Assembly: GCA_963728005.1 (NCBI GenBank)
Contig: CAVSIG010000005.1
Span: 446,010 to 510,009 of the forward strand
Length of the DNA stretch: 64,000 nucleotides
Reading direction: 5' to 3'
Source: an uncultured Microthrixaceae bacterium
GTDB taxonomy: Bacteria; Actinomycetota; Acidimicrobiia; Acidimicrobiales; DATDAH01
Positions 54,207 to 64,000 of the stretch are shown here, in pieces. Each line of letters opens with the position of its first letter. Position 1 is the stretch's first letter. The notes beneath the pieces were generated by a model. That model ran no database searches, was not told the origin of the DNA, and was given only the letters and a program-made list of their open reading frames with translations. A program made the translations under genes and the position numbers.

Positions 54207-55868
54207 ATGAGCACCGGGACGGCACGGTCGGTCAAGGACCTGGTCGCCGGGCTGACGGTCTGGGCGGTGTTGGTGCCCGAGGCGTTGGCCTACGCCACGA
54301 TCGCCGGCGTCTCGCCGGTGGTCGGCTTGTACGCGGCGCCCGGCGCGCTGGTCCTGTACGCCGTGCTGGGGAGCTCGCGCTACCTCGTCACCGGGCCGAT
54401 GGCGGCGACCGCCGCCCTGTCGGCGGCCGCCGTGGCCGACCTGACAACGGGTGGCCCGGACGACGTGGCCGCGTTCACCGTGGCCATCGCCCTGACCACC
54501 GGGATCCTCGCCGTCCTGGCCGGGTTGGTCCGGCTGGGGTTCCTGGCCAACTTCATCTCGGAGCCGGTGCTGAAGGGCTTCATCATCGGCCTGTCGATCA
54601 CGATCATCGTCGGCCAGCTCCCGAAGCTGCTCGGCGTCGAGAAGGCCGACGGGAACGTGTTCGTGATCCTGTGGCACCTCATCGGCGACCTGGGTGACAC
54701 CAGCGGCTGGACGTTGGCAGTCGGACTGCTGTCCCTGGTCGTCGTGCTCGGGCTGCGCCGCCTCGCCCCCAAGGTCCCCGCCTCGCTGGTCGCCGTCCTG
54801 CTCGGCATCGTCCTGGTCGCTCTCTTCGACCTCGACGCCGAGGGGGTGGCGATCGTCGGCCACATCGACAGCGGCCTGCCGTCCTTCGGCCTGCCCGGGC
54901 AGCTCGCCTTCGACGACTACCTGGCCGCCTCGGCCGCCGCGGTCGGGATCATGCTGGTCGGCTTCGCCGAGGGCCTCGGGGCGGCGAAGACCTACGCGGC
55001 GAAGGACCAGGAGGCCGTCGACCCCAACCGGGAGCTCCTCGGCCTGGGCGCCGCCAACGTGGCGTCTGCCCTGAGCAGCGGGATGGTCGTGAACGGCAGC
55101 CTTTCGAAGACGGCGGTGAACGTCTCGGCCGGCGCCCGTAGCCAGCTGTCGGGCCTGGTCGTCGCCGCCCTGACGGTCGTCACGCTGCTGTTCCTCACCG
55201 GGCTCTTCGAGGACCTCCCCGAGGCGACGTTGGCGGCCGTGGTCATCTGTGCCCTCGTCGAGCTGGTCGACATCCAGGCGCTCCGGACGCTCTACCGGCT
55301 GGGGTCCGGCCGCTTCGCCCACCTCTACGGCGGGGCGGCCCGGGCCGACTTCATCGCCGCGCTGGCGGCGATGACCGGCGTGCTGGTGTTCGACACGCTG
55401 CCGGGGCTGGTCATCGGCATCGCCACGTCGTTCGTGCTGCTCATCTACCGGTCGTCCAAGCCCCACATCGCCGAGCTCGGCCGCCAGCCCGACGTCGCCG
55501 GCCGCTACGCCGACCTCGTGCGCCATCCGGAGGACCCGACGGTGCCCGGCCTGGTGATCCTCCGACCGGAGGCCGGGATGTTCTTCGCCAACGCGGAGGC
55601 CGTCCGCGTGGCGGTGACAGAGGCCGCTGCCCGGGACGGCATTCGGGCCGTGGTGGTCGATGCCGAATCCGTACCCTTCGTCGACGTGACGGCCCTGAGC
55701 ATGCTCGTCGAGGTCGGCGAGGAGCTCGACGAGGCCGGGATCGTCCTGGCCTTCGCCCACGGCATCGGCCAGGTGGCCGACGTCATCGACGACCAGGCCG
55801 GTGCCGAGGACCACCTCCGGCTGTTCCCGACCGTCGAGGCCGCCGTCGAGGCGCTCCGCACCGGATGA
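54207..55868 (+). CDS. SulP family anion (sulfate) permease with a STAS domain (paralogue of 51884..53539)
   Basis: DLVAGLTVWAVLVPEALAYATIAGVSP, GSLSKTAVNVSAGARSQ. STAS: LVILRPEAGMFFANAEAV. Confidence 0.88.
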   Translation: MSTGTARSVKDLVAGLTVWAVLVPEALAYATIAGVSPVVGLYAAPGALVLYAVLGSSRYLVTGPMAATAALSAAAVADLTTGGPDDVAAFTVAIALTTGILAVLAGLVRLGFLANFISEPVLKGFIIGLSITIIVGQLPKLLGVEKADGNVFVILWHLIGDLGDTSGWTLAVGLLSLVVVLGLRRLAPKVPASLVAVLLGIVLVALFDLDAEGVAIVGHIDSGLPSFGLPGQLAFDDYLAASAAAVGIMLVGFAEGLGAAKTYAAKDQEAVDPNRELLGLGAANVASALSSGMVVNGSLSKTAVNVSAGARSQLSGLVVAALTVVTLLFLTGLFEDLPEATLAAVVICALVELVDIQALRTLYRLGSGRFAHLYGGAARADFIAALAAMTGVLVFDTLPGLVIGIATSFVLLIYRSSKPHIAELGRQPDVAGRYADLVRHPEDPTVPGLVILRPEAGMFFANAEAVRVAVTEAAARDGIRAVVVDAESVPFVDVTALSMLVEVGEELDEAGIVLAFAHGIGQVADVIDDQAGAEDHLRLFPTVEAAVEALRTG

Positions 55869-56731
55869 CCGACTGGGTCGAGGTCCCCGCGACCACCTTC
55901 CGCATGGGCAACGCCCGGGGCGACGGGTACCCGGACGACGGCGAGCTGCCCGTGCGCAACGTGACCGTGGGACCGTTGGCCATCACGCCGACCGTTGTCA
56001 CCAACGCCGAGTTCGCCGCCTTCGTCGACGCCACCGGGTGGGTGACCGACGCCGAGCGCTACGGCTGGTCCTTCGTCTTCGGCGGCCTGCTGCCCGACGA
56101 CTTCCCCGAAACCCGCGGCGTGGCCGCCGCCCCGTGGTGGCGGCAGGTGTACGACGCCGACTGGCGGCGACCGGAGGGCCCACAGTCCTCGGTCGACGAC
56201 CGGCCCGACCACCCGGTGGTCCAGGTCTCGTGGAACGACGCCGTCGCCTACGGCGAGTGGGTGGGCGCCCGCCTGCCCACCGAGTCCGAGTGGGAGCTGG
56301 CGGCCCGGGGCGGCCTCGACCAGCAGCCGTTCCCCTGGGGCGACGAGCTGGAACCCGGCGGTGAGCACCGGATGAACGTCTGGCAGGGCGAGTTCCCTCG
56401 GACCAACACCGAGGACGACGGCTTCTACGGCGTCGCCCCCGTCCGCTCCTTCCCGCCCAACGGGCACGGCCTCTACGAGATGACCGGGAACGTGTGGGAG
56501 TGGTGCGCCGACTGGTTCGCGCTCGACAGCTACCAGCACGACACCCGCGACCACCCGACCGGCCCGCCGGCTGGGGAGCGCAAGGTCATGCGCGGCGGCT
56601 CCTACCTCTGCCACGCCAGCTACTGCCGGCGGTACCGGGTCGACGCCCGCTCCTCCAGCGAGCCGGACTCGAGCGCCGGCAACGTCTCGTTCCGGCTCGT
56701 CCACGACCCCGGGCACAACCTCGCATCGTGA
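55865..56731 (+). CDS. Formylglycine-generating enzyme (SUMF1/FGE type, aerobic)
   Basis: ATGA overlap with the SulP stop. PDHPVVQVSWNDAVAYGEWVGARLPTESEWELAARGG, GNVWEWCADW, RGGSYLCHASYCRRYR (catalytic Cys pair). Confidence 0.9.
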   Translation: MTDWVEVPATTFRMGNARGDGYPDDGELPVRNVTVGPLAITPTVVTNAEFAAFVDATGWVTDAERYGWSFVFGGLLPDDFPETRGVAAAPWWRQVYDADWRRPEGPQSSVDDRPDHPVVQVSWNDAVAYGEWVGARLPTESEWELAARGGLDQQPFPWGDELEPGGEHRMNVWQGEFPRTNTEDDGFYGVAPVRSFPPNGHGLYEMTGNVWEWCADWFALDSYQHDTRDHPTGPPAGERKVMRGGSYLCHASYCRRYRVDARSSSEPDSSAGNVSFRLVHDPGHNLAS

Positions 56732-56817
56732 TCTAGGGTCGGGCGCTGCGGGCGACGGGGCGGCGCGGGCTTCCTCGGTGCTCGGCCACCAGAGACGACC
56801 ACCCCGGGAAGGGCCCC

Positions 56818-58590
<1,773 letters not shown>

Positions 58591-58683
58591 CGACAACGGG
58601 GTATCACCCCCGGTGGGCGATGCGCCCTCGGGGGTGTCCTTCGTTACGGTCGCGCCTCCGGACGACTCAGGAGGTGTGCCCCC

Positions 58684-61005
58684 GTGCCGAGAGAGTTCAA
58701 CGGCAAGATCGAGCTCGACATCCGCGACTCCACGCCGGACTGGGACGCGTTCCTCCCGGACCGGGCCCCCGAGGGCGCGCCCAACGTCCTCGTCGTGCTC
58801 TACGACGACACCGGGTGCGCAGCCTGGTCGCCCTACGGCGGCAAGATCGACATGCCGACGATGGACCGCCTTGCGAAGAACGGCGTCACCTACAGCCAGT
58901 GGCACACCACCGCCCTGTGCTCGCCCACCCGCTCGGTGTTCCTGACCGGGCGGAACCACCACCAGAACGGCTTCGCCTCCATCTCGGAGACCTCCACCGG
59001 GTTCCCGGGCTACAACTCCCACATCCCCCGCACCTGCGCCACGATGGCCACCGTCCTGCGCGAGGCGGGCTGGAGCACGTTCTGGGTCGGCAAGAACCAC
59101 AACACCCCCGTCGACGCCTGGACCATGGGCTCGTCGAAGAAGGACTGGCCCCTCGGCCTCGGCTACGACCGGTTCTACGGGTTCATCGGGGGCGAGACCA
59201 ACCAGTGGTACCCCGACCTGGCCGAGGACAACCACTACATCGACCAGCCCTACCTGCCGGAAGACGGGTACCACCTCTCGAAGGACCTGGCCGACAAGGC
59301 GCTGTCGTTCATCCGTGACTCGAAGCAGGCCGAGCCGGACAAGCCCTGGTACCTCTGGTTCTGCCCGGGCGCCAACCATGCCCCGCACCAGGCGCCCCAG
59401 GAGTACATCGACAAGTACAAGGGCGCCTTCGACGACGGCTACGAGGCGTACCGCGAGTGGGTGCTGCCCCGGATGGTCGAGCGGGGCATCCTCCCCGAGG
59501 GCACCGAGCTGACGCCCCTGAACCCGATGACCCCGGGCACGTTCAGCGAGGGCGACAGCATGCGCCCATGGGACGAGCTGAACGACGACGAGAAGCGCCT
59601 GTTCTCCCGCATGGCCGAGGTCTACGCCGGGTTCTCCGAGTACACCGACGCCCAGGTCGGGCGGATCATCGACTACCTCGAGGACTCGGGCCAGCTCGAC
59701 AACACCCTGATCCTCTACTGCGCCGACAACGGCGCGTCCGGCGAGGGCAGCCCCAACGGGTCGGTCAACGAGAACAAGTTCTTCAACGCCTACCCGGACT
59801 CGATGGAGGACAACCTCGCCCTTGCCGATCGGCTGGGCACCGAGGACACCTACAACCACTACCCGACCGGCTGGGCCGTCGGGTTCTCGACCCCGTACCG
59901 GATGTTCAAGCGCTACTCGTACCAGGGTGGCGTGTGCGACCCCCTGGTCATCTCGTGGCCGGCAGGCATGAAGGCTCGGGGTGAGGTGCGCGACCAGTAC
60001 CACCACTGCACCGACATCGTCCCCACCATCCTCGACTGCTGCGGGGTGGAGATGCCCGACGTGGTCGACGGCTACGAGCAGGTGCCGCTGCCCGGCGTGT
60101 CGATGCGGTACTCCTTCGACGGCGCCGACCAGGCGACCAAGAAGGAGGTCCAATACTTCGAGATGCTCGGTACCCGTGGCATCTGGCACCAGGGCTGGAA
60201 GGCAGTGGCCGAGCACGGGCCCACGCCGTTGAACCTGGGGAAGTTCGACGAGGACCGGTGGCAGCTGTTCCACACCGACGAGGACCGGGCCGAGGCCCAC
60301 GACCTCGCCGACGAGAACCCCGACAAGCTCGAGGAGCTGAAGGTGCTGTGGCTGGAGGAGGCCGAGAGGTACGACGTCCTGCCCCTGAACGACCTCGGGA
60401 TCCTGGAGCTCCGGGCCATGGAGTACGCGATCGCCACGCCGGCCAGCGGGCGGTACGTGTACTACCCGGGCACCTCGGAGATCCCCGAGGCGTCAGCGGC
60501 CAACACGATCAACGTGTCCTACGAGATCCTGGCCGAGGTGGAGCTGACCCGGGAGTCGGAGGGCGTCATCGTGGCGCAGGGCTCGCGGTTCGGCGGCTTC
60601 AGTCTGTTCGCCAAGGACGGGAAGCTCCAGTACGTCTACAACTTCCTCGGCGTCCCGCCCGAGCAGGTGCTGGAGGCGGACCTGCCCAGCCCCGGCAAGC
60701 ACATCGTGGGCGTCGAGTTCACCAAAGAGCGCTCCGGGGAGAACCGCGAGCCGATCGGGACGATGAAGCTCCACGTGGACCAGGAAACGGTGGCCGAGGT
60801 GGAGATGCGGACCATCGCCTCCCGTTACAGCCTCTGCGGTGAGGGCCTCTGCATCGGCTACGACGGCGGTGACGCCGTGAGCAACCGCTACCGGCACGGC
60901 TTCCCCTTCACCAACGGGAAGATCGTGAAGGTGGTCTTCGACGTCGGTGACGACAAGTACATCGACATCGAGCTCGAGCTCGCCGCGGCCATGTCCCGGG
61001 ACTGA
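58684..61005 (+). CDS. Arylsulfatase (Cys-type), second paralogue
   Basis: AGGAGG lies 7-8 nt upstream of the GTG. PNVLVVLYDDTGC, CSPTRSVFLTGRNHH, GKNHN, CPGANHAPHQ, CADNGASGEG. Confidence 0.9.
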   Translation: MPREFNGKIELDIRDSTPDWDAFLPDRAPEGAPNVLVVLYDDTGCAAWSPYGGKIDMPTMDRLAKNGVTYSQWHTTALCSPTRSVFLTGRNHHQNGFASISETSTGFPGYNSHIPRTCATMATVLREAGWSTFWVGKNHNTPVDAWTMGSSKKDWPLGLGYDRFYGFIGGETNQWYPDLAEDNHYIDQPYLPEDGYHLSKDLADKALSFIRDSKQAEPDKPWYLWFCPGANHAPHQAPQEYIDKYKGAFDDGYEAYREWVLPRMVERGILPEGTELTPLNPMTPGTFSEGDSMRPWDELNDDEKRLFSRMAEVYAGFSEYTDAQVGRIIDYLEDSGQLDNTLILYCADNGASGEGSPNGSVNENKFFNAYPDSMEDNLALADRLGTEDTYNHYPTGWAVGFSTPYRMFKRYSYQGGVCDPLVISWPAGMKARGEVRDQYHHCTDIVPTILDCCGVEMPDVVDGYEQVPLPGVSMRYSFDGADQATKKEVQYFEMLGTRGIWHQGWKAVAEHGPTPLNLGKFDEDRWQLFHTDEDRAEAHDLADENPDKLEELKVLWLEEAERYDVLPLNDLGILELRAMEYAIATPASGRYVYYPGTSEIPEASAANTINVSYEILAEVELTRESEGVIVAQGSRFGGFSLFAKDGKLQYVYNFLGVPPEQVLEADLPSPGKHIVGVEFTKERSGENREPIGTMKLHVDQETVAEVEMRTIASRYSLCGEGLCIGYDGGDAVSNRYRHGFPFTNGKIVKVVFDVGDDKYIDIELELAAAMSRD

Positions 61006-61905
61006 ATGACCGCGCCGGTCGAGACCCGTCGACTGACCAAGTCGTACGGGCCCGCTCGGGGGGTGGTCGACCTCGACCTGCGGGTCGAGGCCGGGGAGGT
61101 GTTCGGCTTCCTCGGTCCCAACGGCGCGGGGAAGTCCACGACCCTGCGGACGCTTCTCGACTTCCAGCGGCCGACCAGTGGGGAGGCCCTGGTCCTGGGC
61201 CTCGACAGCGTGCGCGACAGCCTGGAGATCCGCCGGCGGGTGGGCTACCTGTCGAGCGACCTGAGCCTGTTCGACCGGATGACCGGCGAGGACCACGTCC
61301 GCTGGTTCAGCCGGGCCCGGGGTGGCCACGACGAGACGTACACCGCGGCGTTGGTGGAGCGCTTCGGCGTCGAGCTCGGCCGGCCGGTCCGCGAGCTGTC
61401 GAAGGGCAACCGGCAGAAGGTCGGCCTGCTCCTGGCCTTCATGCACGGGCCCGAGCTGCTCATCCTGGACGAGCCGACGACCGGGCTGGACCCCCTCGTC
61501 CAGACCGAGTTCGACCACCTCCTGCGGGAGACCACGGCCGAGGGGCGGACCGTGCTCCTCTCGTCGCACTCCCTGGACGAGGTGCAACGCGTCGCCGACC
61601 GGGTGGCGATCATCCGCGACGGGCGTCTCGTCGTCACCGATTCGGTGGAGCACCTCCGGGACACGGCCGCCCGCATCCTGACGCTGCGCTTCGAGGACGA
61701 CGTGGACCCGGGGATCTTCAGCTCGCTCCCCGACGTCGACCAGGCCGAGGTGCGGGACGGGCAGCTCCAGCTGCGGGTGAGCGGCGAGCTGCGCCCGGTG
61801 CTGGAGCGGGCCCTCGAGCATCGCCTGGTGGACCTGACGGCGCGACACGCCGACCTCGACGAGCTGTTCCTCTCCTACTACGCGGGCGACGAGGACGAGG
61901 CGTGA
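61006..61905 (+). CDS. ABC transporter ATP-binding protein (ABC-2/DrrA-like)
   Basis: Walker A GPNGAGKST, signature LSKGNRQKV, Walker B LLILDEPTTGLD. ATG directly follows the sulfatase stop. Confidence 0.9.
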   Translation: MTAPVETRRLTKSYGPARGVVDLDLRVEAGEVFGFLGPNGAGKSTTLRTLLDFQRPTSGEALVLGLDSVRDSLEIRRRVGYLSSDLSLFDRMTGEDHVRWFSRARGGHDETYTAALVERFGVELGRPVRELSKGNRQKVGLLLAFMHGPELLILDEPTTGLDPLVQTEFDHLLRETTAEGRTVLLSSHSLDEVQRVADRVAIIRDGRLVVTDSVEHLRDTAARILTLRFEDDVDPGIFSSLPDVDQAEVRDGQLQLRVSGELRPVLERALEHRLVDLTARHADLDELFLSYYAGDEDEA

Positions 61906-62690
61906 ACGCCGAGATCCTCACCCTCGACCTGGCAGCCCGCCGCCGCAGCCTCATCGGCTACTCGGTCGGGATGGCCCTCTACGTGCTGGTCGTGGTGGCC
62001 CTCTATCCCTCGTTCAAGGACTCGAACGAGCTGGACCAGTTCACCGAGCAGTCCGAGGGGCTGGCCGCCCTGTTCGGCATCAGCGGGTCGTTGACCACCC
62101 CCGAGGGCTGGTTGAACGCCAACATCTACGGCAACTTCCTCCCGCTCCTCGTTCTCCTGCTGACCATCGGGTACGGCGCCCACGCGCTCGCCGGTCAGGA
62201 GCGGGACGGACACCTCGAGCTGGTCCTTTCGCTGCCCTTCTCCCGGACGCGGGTCGTGGAGGAGAAGGTCGGGGCGATGGCCGCCCAGGCCGTCGTCTTC
62301 GGCGCCGTGACGCTGCTGAGCTGCCTCGTCGGCCACTGGTTCGAGCTCACCGTGGCGACCTGGCCGCTGATCGCCACGACGCTCGCCGCCGTCCTGCTCG
62401 GCATCGACTTCGGCCTCCTCGCCCTCGGGGTCGGTGCCCGGACCGGGGCGCGGGGAACCGCAATCGGCATCGCCGCCACGGTGGCCGCCGCCTCGTACCT
62501 CACCAGCGCGATGGCGCCCCTGGTCGACTGGCTGGAGCCCCTCCGGTACGCCTCACTCTTCTACTGGTCGGTGGGCAACAACCAACTGGAGGACGGCGTC
62601 GGCCTGGGGTCCTTCGCCCTGCTCCTGGGCGTCGCCCTCGTGCTCACGTGGTGGTCGGTCCACGAGTTCCGCCGACACGACCTCAGCTGA
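61902..62690 (+). CDS. ABC-2 type transporter permease
   Basis: 262 aa, 6 TM-like segments. GTGA overlap with the ATPase stop. Confidence 0.75.
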   Translation: MNAEILTLDLAARRRSLIGYSVGMALYVLVVVALYPSFKDSNELDQFTEQSEGLAALFGISGSLTTPEGWLNANIYGNFLPLLVLLLTIGYGAHALAGQERDGHLELVLSLPFSRTRVVEEKVGAMAAQAVVFGAVTLLSCLVGHWFELTVATWPLIATTLAAVLLGIDFGLLALGVGARTGARGTAIGIAATVAAASYLTSAMAPLVDWLEPLRYASLFYWSVGNNQLEDGVGLGSFALLLGVALVLTWWSVHEFRRHDLS

Positions 62691-62694
62691 GGCG

Positions 62695-63366
62695 TCAGGC
62701 GAGGCCCAGGCCGTCCCCCAGGATCTTCGCTCCGATCAGCAGCAGGATCACCGCCATCACCGCGGCGTTGTTGTCGCCCATCCAGCCCTTGAGGTCCTCG
62801 AGATGGGCGTGGGCCTTCTCGCCGCCGAGCGACCGGTAGGCGATCGCCCCGGCGACCGAGCTGCTGGCCAGGACCACGAAGACGGCGAGGGTGACGAAGG
62901 CGTCGCCGCCGCTGAGCCCCGCTTGGGCGACCGAGGCGGCGGCGGACGCGGTCAGGATCAGGTTCTTGGGGTTCACCGCGGAGAGCAGGACGCCCAAGCC
63001 GAGCGCCCTGACCGGCGTGAAGTGGTCGACGGCCGTCATCCAACCCGGCAGGTCGGGGTGCTCGCCCGCCTTCGGCCGCTTCCGCCACTGCTGGACGGCC
63101 ATGGCCACGAGCACGGCGCCGAGCACGATCTGCCCCCAGCCCAGGCTGCTCGACGCGTCGGCGTCGGTGGCCACGTCGGCGCTGTCGGCCACGGAGTAGA
63201 CGACGGCCGCGGCCACGCTCAGGCCCACGACCCAGCCGAGGAGGAAGGCAGGTCCGTTCGTGGACGCTTTCGGGGTGAAGAGCATCAGGATCACGGCGAT
63301 GATCGGGATCGGGCTCAGGGCCACGCCGATCGCTGCGGGGAGGAACTGGCCGATGGCCTCGAGCAC
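62695..63366 (-). CDS. GAP family membrane protein (DUF2910; I recall this family is named after the mycobacterial sulfolipid-1-addressing protein Sap)
   Basis: MLEAIGQFLPAAIGVALSPIPIIAVILMLFTPK...AVNPKNLILT in a 223-aa polytopic protein. The family name is from memory. Confidence 0.55.
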   Translation of the reverse strand: MLEAIGQFLPAAIGVALSPIPIIAVILMLFTPKASTNGPAFLLGWVVGLSVAAAVVYSVADSADVATDADASSSLGWGQIVLGAVLVAMAVQQWRKRPKAGEHPDLPGWMTAVDHFTPVRALGLGVLLSAVNPKNLILTASAAASVAQAGLSGGDAFVTLAVFVVLASSSVAGAIAYRSLGGEKAHAHLEDLKGWMGDNNAAVMAVILLLIGAKILGDGLGLA

Positions 63367-63378
63367 GGATCGATCCTC

Positions 63379-64000
63379 TCACCCAGGGGTGGGTGCGCGG
63401 GCCAGTAGGGCGTAACGGTCGTCGCCGGGAACGGTGACGACGTCCTCCAGGATCAGGCCGGAGGACGTGACCTCGTCGAGGAGCTGGTCCCGCGTGAACG
63501 GGTGACTGACGACCTCGTGCGCCGTCGTCCGGTCGTCCACGGTCAGGATAACCGTCAGCACGTACGGGTCGCCGAAGCGATCGGGCACCCGCCACTCGAA
63601 CCGACGGTGGCCCACCTCGCCGCCACGGCGGAGGACCTGAGGATCGTCGCGGGCGCCGCTGCCTGCCGCGTGCACGACCTCCCAGTCGTGGCTGTCGACG
63701 ATCAGCAGGGCCCCGGGTGCGAGAAGCGAGGAGAACGCCGCGAATGCCTCCCGCCGCGCCGCGCTGGTCGGGAGGTGGGGGAGGGAGTTGCCGACGCACA
63801 GCACGGCGTCGAACGGACCTCGCACGTGCTCGGGGAGCTCGGCCCAGGTGCAGCAGACGAGATCGCCGTCGACCCGGCGCCGGGCCTCGCGCAGCATGGC
63901 CGGGCTGGCGTCGGCGCCCACCACGTGGTGGCCCCGCCGGGCGAGAGCGGCCAGGTCGAGCCCGGTGCCGCACGCCGCGTCCAGGACCCACGAGCCGGGC
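63379..64000 (-). CDS. Class I SAM-dependent methyltransferase (5' end beyond the window)
   Basis: Reading back from 64000: GSWVLDAACGTGLDLAALARRGHHVVGADASPAML (motif I), then DAVLCVGNSLPHL. The ORF is open to the window edge. Confidence 0.75.
   Translation of the reverse strand, partial: PGSWVLDAACGTGLDLAALARRGHHVVGADASPAMLREARRRVDGDLVCCTWAELPEHVRGPFDAVLCVGNSLPHLPTSAARREAFAAFSSLLAPGALLIVDSHDWEVVHAAGSGARDDPQVLRRGGEVGHRRFEWRVPDRFGDPYVLTVILTVDDRTTAHEVVSHPFTRDQLLDEVTSSGLILEDVVTVPGDDRYALLARAPTPG

Noticed and set aside
58597-58636. A terminator hairpin could lie after the S8 protease gene.
   Set aside because: Only short or alternative pairings are present: GGGGT-ATC-ACCCC (5 bp), or CACCCCCG-N16-CGGGGGTG (8 bp with a large loop). 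This is too weak to call as a feature.

Overview
This is a 64-kb, very high-G+C chromosomal segment of Actinomycetota type. I cannot assign a genus from sequence alone.

Backbone. The backbone is the conserved actinobacterial housekeeping block rpoA-rplQ-truA / rplM-rpsI-glmM / glmS-like-acpS / nnr-CBS-alr / tsaE-tsaB-rimI-tsaD / CIRCE-groES-groEL. From memory, M. tuberculosis has the same gene order.

Accessory inserts.
- A secreted neocarzinostatin-like protein lies between rplQ and truA.
- An orphan FtsX permease and a membrane cupredoxin lie between glmM and the glmS-like gene.
- A ~14.8-kb island (19.06-33.9 kb) lies between alr and tsaE. It opens with a DUF559/AbiEi-like gene bracketed by two ~115-nt direct repeats, each a doublet of long hairpins. 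It continues with a GTDC1/QTMAN-like glycosyltransferase. Next is a membrane-lipid-type locus: an active kinase-like protein, PAP2, an FMN GltS-like protein, and a pseudokinase fused to a flippase-like domain. It ends with glutamate decarboxylase, a cNMP-patatin lipase, an S58 peptidase and UDG.
- A ~18-kb sulfatase/sulfate island (45-63 kb) holds a LAL regulator, two Cys-type arylsulfatases, FGE, two SulP-STAS permeases, CYTH, HAD, HdeD, an RTX-tailed S8 protease, an ABC-2 exporter and a GAP/Sap-like protein.

Other notable points.
- The glmS-slot ORF is about twice the canonical length.
- Five otherwise recognisable genes (rpoA, nnr, alr, groEL, a HAD hydrolase) carry single-base frameshifts that are strongly clustered. 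Neighbouring 2-3.5-kb ORFs are intact.
- I found no rRNA, tRNA, CRISPR array, transposase or integrase.
- Many long ORFs in the six-frame track are alternate-frame or antisense artefacts of the G+C content and are not reported.
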